From an uncultured bacterium (GTDB lineage: Bacteria > Patescibacteriota > Minisyncoccia > Phycocordibacterales > PALSA-1337): 64,000 bases of DNA. The position numbers and the translations under genes were made by a program. The notes beneath the pieces were generated by a model. It was not told where the DNA came from and made no database searches. It worked only from the letters and a program-made list of their open reading frames with translations. Within the stretch, counting starts at the first letter, position 1, and every line of letters starts with the position of its first letter. Location: positions 18,157-82,156 of the forward strand of contig CAIQIZ010000021.1 in the NCBI GenBank assembly GCA_903872035.1. Reading direction: 5' to 3'. Shown in pieces: positions 47,200 through 56,838 of the stretch.

Positions 47200-47273
47200 T
47201 ACAAAAACAGGGCTTTCGCCCCATTTTTTCTTCATTAACTTTACAGACTTTAAAGACTTTAAAGACTTTCTGA

Positions 47274-47696
47274 CTATTTTACTTCAACTCCCATCTGTCT
47301 GGCCGTACCAGCAATGGTCTTCATAGCTGCTTCAATAGTATTTGCATTCAAATCAGGCATTTTCTTTTCAGCGATCTCTTTGAGCTGAGCTTTGGTGATC
47401 GTGCCGATCTTCGAAGTATTCGGCTTACCAGAACCCTTCTCTTTCTTCAAAGCTTTGAGGATGAGGCTGGAAGCTGGCGGAGTCTTCAAAACGAAGCTAT
47501 AAGTTCTGTCCTCATAAACTGTAATGACTACTGGGATCATGTCCCCAATCATAGCTTTAGTAGCATCGTTGAACTTTTTTGTAAAATCGCCAATGTTCAC
47601 GCCGGCCTGTCCGAGTGTCGGGCCCAACGGAGGCGCTGGGGTTGCTTTCCCTGCTGGAGCGATGACTTTTACCTTTTTGATGATTTTCTTGGCCAT
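47274..47696 (-). CDS. rplK: 50S ribosomal protein L11
   Basis: MAKKI...[27 protein letters not shown]... matches L11. Confidence 0.9.
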   Translation of the reverse strand: MAKKIIKKVKVIAPAGKATPAPPLGPTLGQAGVNIGDFTKKFNDATKAMIGDMIPVVITVYEDRTYSFVLKTPPASSLILKALKKEKGSGKPNTSKIGTITKAQLKEIAEKKMPDLNANTIEAAMKTIAGTARQMGVEVK

Positions 47697-47729
47697 GGAT
47701 GTTTATTAGAAATGTTGATGCACTGTACC

Positions 47730-48275
47730 TTAAACCTTCTTAACTTGCAAGAAATCTAGCTCGACTGGCGTTTCCCTACCGAACATAGAGACCAACACCT
47801 TGATCTTGCCGCGCTGAGTATCGACTTCGGCCACTTTGCCTTCAAAGTCCTTGAATGGACCGTCGGCCACCTTGACCAGATCGCCAGGAGTGAGATCGAT
47901 AGAGTGTTCAGTCTGACCTTTCTGCATCCGAGCGAATAGAGTCTCGACTTCTTTAGGATCCAATGGGACTGGCGAAACGCCGGCACCGACAAATCCAGTC
48001 ACGCGCGGTGTATTGCGAACAACATACCAGGAATCGTCCGTCACGATCATATCGACCAGGACATATCCGGGATAGATCTTCTCTTCTTCCTCGACACGCT
48101 TGCCGCCTTTGACTTTGATCTTCTTCTCCGTAGGTACGATAACTGCAAAGATCTTGTCTTCCATGCCCAAAGACTCTATGCGCTGCTTCAGATTGCGCGC
48201 CACTGCATTCTCGTAGCCGGCATAGGTATGGATGGCATACCAATTTCGTTCTCCAGTTGTTTGTTGTTTGGTCAT
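47730..48275 (-). CDS. nusG: Transcription termination/antitermination factor NusG
   Basis: NGN domain WYAIHTYAGYENAV...; KOW motif GDLVKVADGPFKDFEGKVAEVD. Confidence 0.9.
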   Translation of the reverse strand: MTKQQTTGERNWYAIHTYAGYENAVARNLKQRIESLGMEDKIFAVIVPTEKKIKVKGGKRVEEEEKIYPGYVLVDMIVTDDSWYVVRNTPRVTGFVGAGVSPVPLDPKEVETLFARMQKGQTEHSIDLTPGDLVKVADGPFKDFEGKVAEVDTQRGKIKVLVSMFGRETPVELDFLQVKKV

Positions 48276-48305
48276 GGGGACAAATTTAAAATTAAAGATT
48301 GAAAT

Positions 48306-48485
48306 TTAGAACAATAGTGTCAGAAGCTTAGAAAAAACGAAATCTGACAGACCAAGCAAAGCGGCGGTGGCCAGAGAAACCAAGATCACCAAAGACGTGA
48401 ACCTGATAGTTTGATCGCGTGTAGGCCAATTGACATGGCTCATCTCACCACGTGTTTCCTTAACATAATTGCTGAATCTATTCAT
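48306..48485 (-). CDS. secE: Preprotein translocase subunit SecE
   Basis: MNRFSNYVKETRGEMSHVNWPTRDQTIRFTSLVILVSLATAALLGL is a classic SecE. The track ORF extends to 48554. Confidence 0.8.
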   Translation of the reverse strand: MNRFSNYVKETRGEMSHVNWPTRDQTIRFTSLVILVSLATAALLGLSDFVFSKLLTLLF

Positions 48486-48590
48486 GGTATTGGTCCTTTT
48501 AGACGCTTTTTGATTAAAAAATCCCGCAGGGGGATAACATGTGTATAGTAGCATGCTGATAACAGTAAATCAAGGCCTGCTTGAAGTCTC

Positions 48591-48649
48591 CAGAAATCTT
48601 TCCGTTTGCCGCTGGCCCACAGCGCTCAAACGAAAAGATTTCTTTCGCC
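48591..48649. repeat. Palindromic repeat element, copy B (intergenic): arms GAAATCTTTCCGTTTG / CAAACGAAAAGATTTC around core CCGCTGGCCCACAGCGCT
   Basis: Near-identical to copy A, with a compensatory arm change (C:G in A, T:A in B). Confidence 0.7.
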
Positions 48650-48664
48650 TTCCAAGCCCGACTG

Positions 48665-49453
48665 CTACCTTATCTCGTAAGTGATATCCACTGTATCTGT
48701 GATCTTCTGTTCACCAGTCGCTATTTCTGGAGCGATCGCTTGGTTTGAAGCGGTGGAGTCCGCTTTCATCACGCCCAAACCATAGACCATAGGAGAAGGT
48801 CTATTGTTATTTTCTGAGAAACTGACGATCCGAACCAAGCTGACACCGAGCTGTTTGGCCAATTCATTGGCTTTGCTTTGTGCTTTGGAAATCGCTTCCG
48901 CTCGAGCTTCGGCATTGACACTGTCCGGATTATCAACAGAGAATGTTAGACCGTTAACATTTTGCACACCGAGTCCTCCAATAGTCGTGAACAGGGTTCC
49001 GGCTTTTGCTAGGTCGCGGATCTTCACTTGGACCGACTCGCTGACATCGTACCCGGTCAAAACAGATTTAGAGGGCGGACAACTATAAGTTGTGCAAACG
49101 CTATTTTGATATTCATAATGAGGATTGATCGAATACGAAGTCGTCTGAATATCTTTATCTGCTACTCCCCCATCCTTTACCGCCTTCATTGCGGCATTAA
49201 CTTTGGTAGTCATGGCTGCTTGAGCGAGAGCAACGGTCTTGGCCGTTTCAGTCACAGAAAATGAGAATGTTGCAATATCCGGAATGGCGACAGCATCTCC
49301 AGTTCCGGAAACGTTGATCGTATTGGTCATACTCGGATTGGCACCGACATATGAAATGGACTTAAGTTCTTTGATAGAAGCTACCGCCAGAAAAACGACC
49401 AGTAAAATAAATGCGGTTGTAACAGCGTTCCAAAACTTGGTTGGTATGTTCAT
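48665..49453 (-). CDS. SIMPL/DUF541 domain periplasmic protein (BP26/Omp28-like)
   Basis: N-terminal signal anchor; DUF541 conserved segments ...SVQVKIRDLAKAG... and ...VSLVRIVSF.E. Confidence 0.65.
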   Translation of the reverse strand: MNIPTKFWNAVTTAFILLVVFLAVASIKELKSISYVGANPSMTNTINVSGTGDAVAIPDIATFSFSVTETAKTVALAQAAMTTKVNAAMKAVKDGGVADKDIQTTSYSINPHYEYQNSVCTTYSCPPSKSVLTGYDVSESVQVKIRDLAKAGTLFTTIGGLGVQNVNGLTFSVDNPDSVNAEARAEAISKAQSKANELAKQLGVSLVRIVSFSENNNRPSPMVYGLGVMKADSTASNQAIAPEIATGEQKITDTVDITYEIR

Positions 49454-49583
49454 GACAATTTATCTAATTAATTATTAATAGTTGTTAATTCTAATGATAA
49501 GGCCCTTGGGTCTCTTTGTAAAATACGAATCATGTCCTAATTTCGGCGCTCTGTCTGGTAATAGCTTCGCGGCCATAAGGCCG

Positions 49584-50453
49584 TCAAACTCTTCCCGTGC
49601 ACAGATCCACTAGATTCTCGAACAATGAATAGACGGTCATCGGCCCAACTCCCCCAGGCACCGGTGTTATGGCGGAGACCTTCTTTGCAACTTTCTTGAA
49701 ATCAACATCTCCGACCAAACGAGCACCTTCTATCTCATCATCCAATTTTTCACCAGTCACCTTATTTATTCCAACATCGACGATCACTTGGCCCTTTTTC
49801 ACATGCTTGGCGGTGATGAGCCCGGGTTTGCCGACTGCTACGATCACTATATCTGCTGATTTGGTCTCCTTGGCCAAGTCCTTGGTCTTGCTGTGACAGA
49901 CCGTGACTGTCGCTTCTTCATTCAAACACATTGTGATAACCGGTTTTCCCACCAACATGGACCGGCCGATGACCGTAACTTTCTTTCCAAATAATTCGAT
50001 CTTGTAGGCCTCCAACAGAGTACGTATCCCCCGTGCCGTCGCAGGCAAGATGGCATCTTCTCGACCTTCGTACCAACGCTTTACACTGAAAGCTGTCAAT
50101 GCATCGACATCTTTCTTTGGATCGATGGCGTTGATGATAGCGTCTCGATCAAGATGAATCGGCAATGGCAACTGCACAATGATGCCGTGAATACCCCCAT
50201 CAGCATTACATTCCTTGATGATATCGAGCAATTCGCCCTGCGAAATCGATTCAGTTGTTTGGATATGCTTCTCCTTTACACCGATCCTTTGAGCAAATCT
50301 CTTTTTAGCTCCTATAAAAGCAGTTGAATCCGGTCTATCGCCGACTTGAATGATAGCCAGCGTCGGCACATACGAAAGCGCCTTGACCCTCTCTACTAGT
50401 CCGGGGATGAGGGAATCACGAGTGGCCTTGCCGTCGAGAATTATAGTCTTCAT
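49584..50453 (-). CDS. folD: Bifunctional methylenetetrahydrofolate dehydrogenase/cyclohydrolase
   Basis: ILDGK...AIIQVGDRPDS..Y...K, GIIVQLPLP, GKKVTVIGRSMLVGKPV, PGGVGPMTV. Confidence 0.9.
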   Translation of the reverse strand: MKTIILDGKATRDSLIPGLVERVKALSYVPTLAIIQVGDRPDSTAFIGAKKRFAQRIGVKEKHIQTTESISQGELLDIIKECNADGGIHGIIVQLPLPIHLDRDAIINAIDPKKDVDALTAFSVKRWYEGREDAILPATARGIRTLLEAYKIELFGKKVTVIGRSMLVGKPVITMCLNEEATVTVCHSKTKDLAKETKSADIVIVAVGKPGLITAKHVKKGQVIVDVGINKVTGEKLDDEIEGARLVGDVDFKKVAKKVSAITPVPGGVGPMTVYSLFENLVDLCTGRV

Positions 50454-50477
50454 AAAAATAGTCTAGCACACCTCATA

Positions 50478-51509
50478 TTACGCCGACCACCTGGCGAATA
50501 TTCCACAAGGCAACAAACGATGTTGTTGATAATTTACATGGGCGTCGTCCGGAACGGATCCGGTTTGCCGCTGGCCCACAACGCTCAAACCTGATCCGTT
50601 CCTCCCTCCTTCTTCAATAGCCAATTCTCCCATCTCAATCCTTCCCCCAAATTTCTCCACAAGCGGTTTCAAAATATTCTCATAAGCGACCGGGGAATAT
50701 CCCGAGGCATAGCCATTTATTATAAAGAATAACGGCTTGTCAGCGAGAATTTTTATACAATCATCGATAAGAGGTAGCAGGCTCTCTTCGATCTTCCATA
50801 ATTCATTGTCAGGACCATGACCGAAAGCAGGCGGGTCCATAATAATACCCGCGTACTTGCGACCACGTTTGACTTCACGCTTTACAAAAGTATGAGCATC
50901 GTCGAGGATCCAGCGAATCGGTTTCTTTTCCAATCCCGACAATTCAGCATTCTCTCGCGCCCATGAAATAGCGACTTTGGAACCATCGACGTGAACGACT
51001 TTGGCTCCAGCTTGAGCACAAGCCAGCGAAGCACCGCCTGTGTAGCCGAACAAATTAAGAATTTCAATTCCATCGACGTCGTCCGGAACGGCTCCGGTTC
51101 GCCGCTGGCCCACAGCGCTCTCACCGGACCCGTTCCTTCCTCCTTCCTCCTTCCTGCCTGCTTCAATGCAACTCCTCAACCATTCCCAATTCACAGCCTG
51201 CTCTGGAAAAAGTCCCACGTGCTTGAACGATGAAGGTCTGATCCAGAATTTCAATCCACCAAATGCGATCTGCCATTTGTCAGAAGTAGTCTTTCTCATA
51301 TTCCAGCTATTCGTAAATGCACCATCAGCTTTCTTCCATTCATCAGCCGACAATCTCTTGTGCCACAAAGCCTGTGGATCAGGTCGCGCCAAAGTGAACT
51401 GGCCGAAACGTTCCAGCTTCTCCCCTTCTCCAGAGTCGAGCAGCTCGTAATCCGGATTGGAATCTGTTATCTGAATATTTGAAATCTTGTTCATTTTTCG
51501 TATGCGCAC
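50478..51509 (-). CDS. Class I SAM-dependent (rRNA) methyltransferase, RlmI/YccW-like (PF10672), carrying two in-frame palindromic-element insertions
   Basis: LNLFGYTGGASLACAQAGAKVVHVDGSKVAISWARENAELSGL...IIMDPPAFGHG matches the RlmI catalytic domain. The inserts encode GGRNGSGESAVGQRRTGAVPDD and GGRNGSGLSVVGQRQTGSVPDD. Confidence 0.6.
   Translation of the reverse strand: MRIRKMNKISNIQITDSNPDYELLDSGEGEKLERFGQFTLARPDPQALWHKRLSADEWKKADGAFTNSWNMRKTTSDKWQIAFGGLKFWIRPSSFKHVGLFPEQAVNWEWLRSCIEAGRKEEGGRNGSGESAVGQRRTGAVPDDVDGIEILNLFGYTGGASLACAQAGAKVVHVDGSKVAISWARENAELSGLEKKPIRWILDDAHTFVKREVKRGRKYAGIIMDPPAFGHGPDNELWKIEESLLPLIDDCIKILADKPLFFIINGYASGYSPVAYENILKPLVEKFGGRIEMGELAIEEGGRNGSGLSVVGQRQTGSVPDDAHVNYQQHRLLPCGIFARWSA
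50546..50602. repeat. Palindromic repeat element, copy C (in-frame in the methyltransferase gene): arms GGAACGGATCCGGTTTG / CAAACCTGATCCGTTCC around core CCGCTGGCCCACAACGCT
   Basis: 57 nt (a multiple of 3); same core as copies A and B with different, self-complementary arms. Confidence 0.7.
51078..51136. repeat. Palindromic repeat element, copy D (in-frame in the methyltransferase gene): arms GGAACGGCTCCGGTTCG / CTCACCGGACCCGTTCC around core CCGCTGGCCCACAGCGCT
   Basis: Shares the flanking GTCGTCCGGAACGG with copy C. Followed by a CCTTCCTCC low-complexity tail similar to the ileS inserts. Confidence 0.65.
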
Positions 51510-51512
51510 TTT

Positions 51513-51998
51513 CTAATTATTAATTTCCAGTTCTAAAGATTTCTCATATCTTTCAAATATGACCGCCGCTGAAATAAATAATAACGTTGAGGTAACGACT
51601 GATCCCATGCAATAGACACAATATGAATGGAGAATGAATACTTGCAAAAAGACGAACCAGAGCGAAGCCAAAAGACCAAGAATAGTCAGGAGCAACGTAA
51701 CTCGGAGCACTTCATGATTCTTGCTTTCCAAAAACGAGAACAACCCTATGGCAATGACCAGATAATAAATAGCGCCGAACAGAGCCACCGGAATGCCGTA
51801 CAAAGTGCTGAACACACTGGTAAGGACTTTCTCACAACCGCCGACTATGGAGCACGGCGGAATGACATTCTGGAAATGTTCGATCGTCAAATATGAAGCG
51901 TCAGCAAAACCGAGCAAGGCTATCACCAAGACGGCTATGATGACTTTATTGGGGACTGCTTGAAGCCGCCGCGTCAATAAGCGCTTTAAATTGATCAT
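51513..51998 (-). CDS. Vitamin K epoxide reductase (VKOR) family membrane protein
   Basis: CxxxxxxC loop cysteines (PPCSIVGGCEKV), conserved GIPVALFG, C-terminal CxxC (CVYC). Confidence 0.65.
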   Translation of the reverse strand: MINLKRLLTRRLQAVPNKVIIAVLVIALLGFADASYLTIEHFQNVIPPCSIVGGCEKVLTSVFSTLYGIPVALFGAIYYLVIAIGLFSFLESKNHEVLRVTLLLTILGLLASLWFVFLQVFILHSYCVYCMGSVVTSTLLFISAAVIFERYEKSLELEINN

Positions 51999-52596
51999 AG
52001 CTCTGGGGGTTAACTATCACTTTGCTATTGATAAAGAATGTAGGAGTTTGATCGATTCCGAGATGGATGCCTTCGTCCTGATCAGCGTTGACGATATCGC
52101 GGAGAGTGCTGGAGGCTAGATCGGCTTTGAATCTATTCACATCCAAACCGATCTTTGTCGCGTATCCGATGAATATCGGCGTCGGATCAGAGAGTTCCGT
52201 CCAATCAGCGTGGTTGCTAAAGAGCTGGTCAAACATAGGCCAGAACTTCCCTTGAACAGATGCTGCTTCGCTGGCCATAGCCGCCGGTACAGCGTTAGGA
52301 TGCTGAGTCAGAGGAAAATGGCGGTAGACCAAGCGCATGGTCGATGAAGACTCATCGTAGAGCCTCTTTACTATCGGATAGAAATTCTCGCAGGCCGGAC
52401 ATTGGAAATCGCTATATTCGACGAGGGTAACTGACGCATTCGCTGAACCAAGCACATGGTCAGCAGCCGCGACAGGAGCCGGTGCCGCCAAATTTAATGG
52501 CCGCGCGCCCTTATTCATAGCCACAATAAGACCCCATATAATGAGTGCCAACACGATAATAAAACATGTCCAAAAGAAAATGCGTTTTGTATTCAT
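51946..52596 (-). CDS. DsbA-like thioredoxin-fold thiol:disulfide oxidoreductase (membrane anchored)
   Basis: N-terminal TM; CPAC active site in YSDFQCPACENF. Adjacent to VKOR, which is the usual pairing. Confidence 0.7.
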   Translation of the reverse strand: MNTKRIFFWTCFIIVLALIIWGLIVAMNKGARPLNLAAPAPVAAADHVLGSANASVTLVEYSDFQCPACENFYPIVKRLYDESSSTMRLVYRHFPLTQHPNAVPAAMASEAASVQGKFWPMFDQLFSNHADWTELSDPTPIFIGYATKIGLDVNRFKADLASSTLRDIVNADQDEGIHLGIDQTPTFFINSKVIVNPQSYDQFKALIDAAASSSPQ

Positions 52597-52617
52597 AGTA
52601 AAGTACAGTATATGAGC

Positions 52618-53364
52618 TTATAACCCCTGCGTCAACGAGACAATCTTGTATCCATGATGTTCAATTTCCGTGAATATTCCGTCAAGGATCGAGCCGGTAA
52701 TAGTGTCGCCTATATGCATCAAATAGATGTTCCCTGGCGCCAGATTGGACATGATATTATCGTGCACCTGTGCGGGCGTCTCTCCTGTTGGTTCCTCCCA
52801 GTCACGCGCATCAATAGTCCAATAGATTGATTCATACCCCGCCCGGAATGCCGCATTGAGAACTCTCTGATCCCTATCTCCATAAGGCGCTCGAAAGTAC
52901 GGATGAGGCGATGTGCTGGCGGTTTCCTCCAGAACCGCTTCGTTTTGTCCGAGCTCTTGCATGATCTGTTCGTCGGATAATAGCGGCAAATGAGGATGGT
53001 CATACGTATGGTTGAATATCTCGTTTCCCAGAGAAGCCATCTTCCTTACCAGTACAGGGTTTGCTTCGATGAATTTTCCAGTCAAGAAGAATGTTCCCTT
53101 CACATGATGCTTCGCAAGCACATCCAAGATCTGGTCGGCAGATTGGACACCATCACCACCATCAAATGTGAAGATAACCTGTTTTTTCGTCGTGTCACCA
53201 CGGACAATTTCCTTGTCTGATACAGGAAAGGCCGGCAGATTCGGTACTGTTATAACCGGCGGCACCGGCGGTCTATAGAACAATAAGGTTGGGCCGAAAA
53301 TGACCAAACATAAAAGAAGTAAGAAAATCCCCATCCTGACTTCAGTGGAATAGGTTGTCTCCAA
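52618..53364 (-). CDS. Polysaccharide deacetylase (CE4, NodB homology domain)
   Basis: TFDGGDG (TFDDG motif), H.YDHPHL (HxxxxH), signal anchor. Confidence 0.75.
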   Translation of the reverse strand: METTYSTEVRMGIFLLLLCLVIFGPTLLFYRPPVPPVITVPNLPAFPVSDKEIVRGDTTKKQVIFTFDGGDGVQSADQILDVLAKHHVKGTFFLTGKFIEANPVLVRKMASLGNEIFNHTYDHPHLPLLSDEQIMQELGQNEAVLEETASTSPHPYFRAPYGDRDQRVLNAAFRAGYESIYWTIDARDWEEPTGETPAQVHDNIMSNLAPGNIYLMHIGDTITGSILDGIFTEIEHHGYKIVSLTQGL

Positions 53365-53478
53365 AGATTGGCCTATTGAATTATAGTGAATGTTATCGAT
53401 GTATATAGTATAGCAAAACAGGAGGTCAAGAGCCTTCGCCCTTATCCCCCCCGCTTTGAGCTGATTATTAATTGATCT

Positions 53479-54327
53479 CTAGAACCCAAAGAGGTGCTTA
53501 AAGAATTGCCCAATTGAGCCAAATACCCCACCGCCTTGTCCGCGGCTTTCACCGTTACCTGGCGTATTTCCAGAACCATTCCCTGTTATTGGATGCGCCG
53601 GCTGATCGATGACCGATGAAGCTACAACAGCCTGACCAGCCACTGTTCCCTGAACGACTACATAATCGCCGACCGTTATACCAGAGATCGTGCTAGCAAC
53701 ATTACCCTTGGCGACCGTTGCATTGGTCGCATCGATCGTATAGGTCACATTGCTCGAGGTAGTTATGGTCAGACTGTTGCCATTCACAGTCGCTACGGTT
53801 CCCGCAACCACCGGCTGACCATTACCCTTGATGATAGGGTTCTGTGTCGGTTGACCATTAGCGCCGGGCATTCTGGTTCCACCAGGTCCGACATATCCCG
53901 GTCCGCGCACCATAACCCCGTCACGGATAGATGTGGCAACCATATTCGTGCCTGTCACCGTACCCCTCACCGAGACCGTATCTCCGACGAGCACAACAGC
54001 GATCGTACTAGTCGCGTTATTCTTTACGACTGTCGCATTTGTCGCATTTACCGTATACGTGGTCGTAGCTTGATTCGCTCCCGGACCACGACCGTTAACG
54101 GTTAAAGTATACCCATTGACCGACACTACTGTGCCGAATATCCCCGGACGCATACCTTGACCACTCGCGCCACGATTACCCATCATTCCTGATCGTCCAT
54201 TAGCCCAACCATTGCCATTATTCCCGCCTGTAGGCGGATTCGTCTGTGCAAATGCCGGTATTGCCACAACTGAGAGCAAACCCAGCATGGCGACCATTCC
54301 TACCAAGTATTTATTTATGTTTTTCAT
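53479..54327 (-). CDS. Secreted protein with three tandem beta-rich repeats (YT(V/I)..TNATV.K.N..S.I)
   Basis: Signal peptide MKNINKYLVGMVAMLGLLSVVAIPAFAQ; three repeats of about 60 aa. Confidence 0.5.
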   Translation of the reverse strand: MKNINKYLVGMVAMLGLLSVVAIPAFAQTNPPTGGNNGNGWANGRSGMMGNRGASGQGMRPGIFGTVVSVNGYTLTVNGRGPGANQATTTYTVNATNATVVKNNATSTIAVVLVGDTVSVRGTVTGTNMVATSIRDGVMVRGPGYVGPGGTRMPGANGQPTQNPIIKGNGQPVVAGTVATVNGNSLTITTSSNVTYTIDATNATVAKGNVASTISGITVGDYVVVQGTVAGQAVVASSVIDQPAHPITGNGSGNTPGNGESRGQGGGVFGSIGQFFKHLFGF

Positions 54328-54567
54328 GATTGTTTAAATTAGTAAACGCGATCAAGCTTAAATATTATTAGACTTATAATGTTGATTCTCGACTAAAGGA
54401 CTACGACATTTATCCTTGCATAGATCGCTGGATATCATACGTCTAACACCAGAATTTGGGTGCGCAAAAAAATCTCCCGCGGCATTAAACACAACAAAAA
54501 AGGCTAGTGAGATCATCACCAGCCCTGTCCCGCAACATATTGCATCTTGTCACGATCCTGGCTTCTT

Positions 54568-54867
54568 TTACGCTTTGTCGCCAGCTCCTTTGGCGAAAAA
54601 CTTAAGAAAACAGACCAGGATAACGAAGGCAGCGACCAAGCCGATCGCTCCGGACCACCCCAGGAAACCGTACAAGGCTACGGCGTGAATCTTCGATGCC
54701 TCGGTGTTGAAGACCAACAGGAAAACCAAAACCGACACTGCCACCGCTATCACACCGACCACGATTCCCACCAGGGACTCTGTCAGAGTGAACGATGCTA
54801 TGACATTCCACTGATGCGTCTTCCAATCCTTGAAGTCGCTTTTCGCCAACGTAGGTTTTGTTGCCAT
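54568..54867 (-). CDS. Small hypothetical membrane protein (2 TM) upstream of glnB
   Basis: 99 aa hydrophobic ORF. The overlapping alternative frame 54602..54928 is basic and Arg/Gly-rich and judged less likely. Confidence 0.4.
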   Translation of the reverse strand: MATKPTLAKSDFKDWKTHQWNVIASFTLTESLVGIVVGVIAVAVSVLVFLLVFNTEASKIHAVALYGFLGWSGAIGLVAAFVILVCFLKFFAKGAGDKA

Positions 54868-55001
54868 AAACTCTCTTTCTGTTCCCCTTTTGCAGAGGAT
54901 TTTGTTTGACTGCGAAAGTGCGACGCACTCTCTCTACTAATATTCAATACCCATTGAGGTCATTAGTCAAAGGGGGTTTTCCACTCCGTCTGGCCAGCGA
55001 A

Positions 55002-55340
55002 TCAGAGAGCGTCTTCCCCGACTTCTTCGGTGCGAACACGAATAGCTTCCTCGATGTTGGAGACAAAGATCTTTCCGTCACCGATCCTGCCAGTCCGAGC
55101 GGATTTGATTATGACCTTGATGACATCTTCCACCATACTGTCAGGAACGACTGTTTCAACCATAATCTTCGAAACCATGTCCGATGTTTCCGTCACTCCT
55201 CGGTAGAATTCCGACTGTCCGACTTGTTGTCCTAGACCCATGACTTCGGTCGTAGTCATACCACCGATACCGATCTCGACGAGCGCCTCTCTCACAGCTT
55301 CAAGCTTAAAAGGCTTGATGATCGCTTCGATCTTTTTCAT
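55002..55340 (-). CDS. glnB: Nitrogen regulatory protein P-II (GlnB/GlnK family)
   Basis: MKKIEAIIKPFKLEAVREAL...GMTTTEV.G.G.Q.G.SE.YRG...VE.VV.D..V...I.....TG.IGDGKIFV matches P-II. Confidence 0.85.
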   Translation of the reverse strand: MKKIEAIIKPFKLEAVREALVEIGIGGMTTTEVMGLGQQVGQSEFYRGVTETSDMVSKIMVETVVPDSMVEDVIKVIIKSARTGRIGDGKIFVSNIEEAIRVRTEEVGEDAL

Positions 55341-55467
55341 TTGTTAAATATCTTTCTTGGTTTTACCGTTGTCCGATTCAAACACTACAATAAACTCCAG
55401 ACGAAGTCGAGATACAAACAAACACGGCCAATCTTGACCGTGTTTGTTTTAAAATCAATCCTAATAA

Positions 55468-56010
55468 CTAGGCGCTATAACCAACAGTCACACCAGCCTT
55501 GCCGCTCGAATTGAGCACGCTACCTCCATAAGTCCTAGTCGCTGGATTGTAGTACGTGCCATTTCCGTAGTAGTAGACCTGTTGTCCGCCTGACAGATTG
55601 TAATATCCCGCGGCGACATAAAAGGCTCCAGTATTGACCTGTATTCCTGTCTGGCTATAGAGGGCCGGCATCAGGACGATGTCTGACTCTTCATTCGGAG
55701 CAAATGCAACATAACCAAGCGAAACTCCAGCCGTACCATATTGATTGGTGATGCTTCCGCCATACATCCGGATAGAAGGATCATAGTAAGTGCCATTTCC
55801 GTAATATTCGATCTGATGTCCTCCTGCGGATGGTCCACCTCCCATGTAATAATAGCCTGCCACCAAGTAACCGCTGCTATTCACTTGGAACCCGTTCTGA
55901 TTGAAAAGTTGCGGCATCGTCGCAATAGTCGATGCGTGTACTAATGCTACCGCCCCTACGCCGCTAGCCACTACAAATGCTAATAGCACTACTGTTATAT
56001 ATTTTTTCAT
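55468..56010 (-). CDS. Secreted protein with two tandem repeats of about 65 aa (YYYGNGTYY(D/N)P..R.YGGS)
   Basis: Signal peptide MKKYITVVLLAFVVASGVGAVALVHAS; internal duplication. Confidence 0.45.
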   Translation of the reverse strand: MKKYITVVLLAFVVASGVGAVALVHASTIATMPQLFNQNGFQVNSSGYLVAGYYYMGGGPSAGGHQIEYYGNGTYYDPSIRMYGGSITNQYGTAGVSLGYVAFAPNEESDIVLMPALYSQTGIQVNTGAFYVAAGYYNLSGGQQVYYYGNGTYYNPATRTYGGSVLNSSGKAGVTVGYSA

Positions 56011-56155
56011 GATTTATTTTAGTATTGAATTAATTTAGATTTATAATTTTATTTCTATTTCTGATGGCGTAAAGATTCGACTAGATATTGTCGGCCATGA
56101 TTTCTGTCTCCGAGTCTAGTGCCGTCTCGACGAGTGAAATATTACAGCGAAGCCA

Positions 56156-56746
56156 TCACGCCTTGCCTTTGAGCGCGCTAATCTCTTTCCCTAATTTCAA
56201 TATATACGTCTCCAATTTTTGTGTACGCTCCGTAAGCCTAATCTCGAAAGTGTTCGTATGCTCCGCCAGCTTCTCGGCCACCGAAACCATTTCGGTGATA
56301 TCTTCTATAGCCAACAGAATGATCGGCGGGAACGCTTCCGAACCTGGCCTATCTTGCACGTGGATCTGGCGAGCATTGAGGAGCATGACCTTCCTTCCGA
56401 TGAATGGGAATTCATGAGTGACTTCGAAACCCTTAAAAAAAGTATTCTTGGGCAAAATATCCTCCAAGAGCTTACGGAGGGCTGGTATATCCCATTGCCC
56501 ATTTCCCAACCTGTATACTATCTTTCCTTCAGTATCTTTTTCCTCGACTTGGAACATTCGATAGAAAGGCTCATTCGCCGCCATAACTCGCAAATCTTTA
56601 TCTAAAATTAGTATCGGTTCATGGACAACATCAACGACAGTCTTGATGTATGTCCAGCTATTCTCCCAAACTTGTTCGATCATGTTTATTTTGGTTGTGT
56701 CCATATAACACAAAGACGATGACCCGGTAATATCATTGCAATGCAA
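56156..56746 (-). CDS. PAS-domain protein
   Basis: ILILDKDLRVMAANEPFYRMFQVEEKDTEGKIVYRLGNGQWDIPALRKLLEDILPKN... has PAS-fold-like features. Likely start MDTTKIN. Confidence 0.5.
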   Translation of the reverse strand: MHCNDITGSSSLCYMDTTKINMIEQVWENSWTYIKTVVDVVHEPILILDKDLRVMAANEPFYRMFQVEEKDTEGKIVYRLGNGQWDIPALRKLLEDILPKNTFFKGFEVTHEFPFIGRKVMLLNARQIHVQDRPGSEAFPPIILLAIEDITEMVSVAEKLAEHTNTFEIRLTERTQKLETYILKLGKEISALKGKA

Positions 56747-56838
56747 CTATATTCCATAACATCTCGTACGATTAATGTAATCGCCGTTAAATTATTACAA
56801 CACAATTATGGCTTTAAATATACGTTATTCGATAGCGA

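Noticed and set aside
54602-54928. 108-aa minus-strand ORF overlapping the small membrane protein upstream of glnB
   Set aside because: The alternative frame is Arg/Gly-rich and basic, typical of an out-of-frame read of a GC-biased hydrophobic gene. The membrane-protein frame 54568..54867 was preferred, but only weakly.
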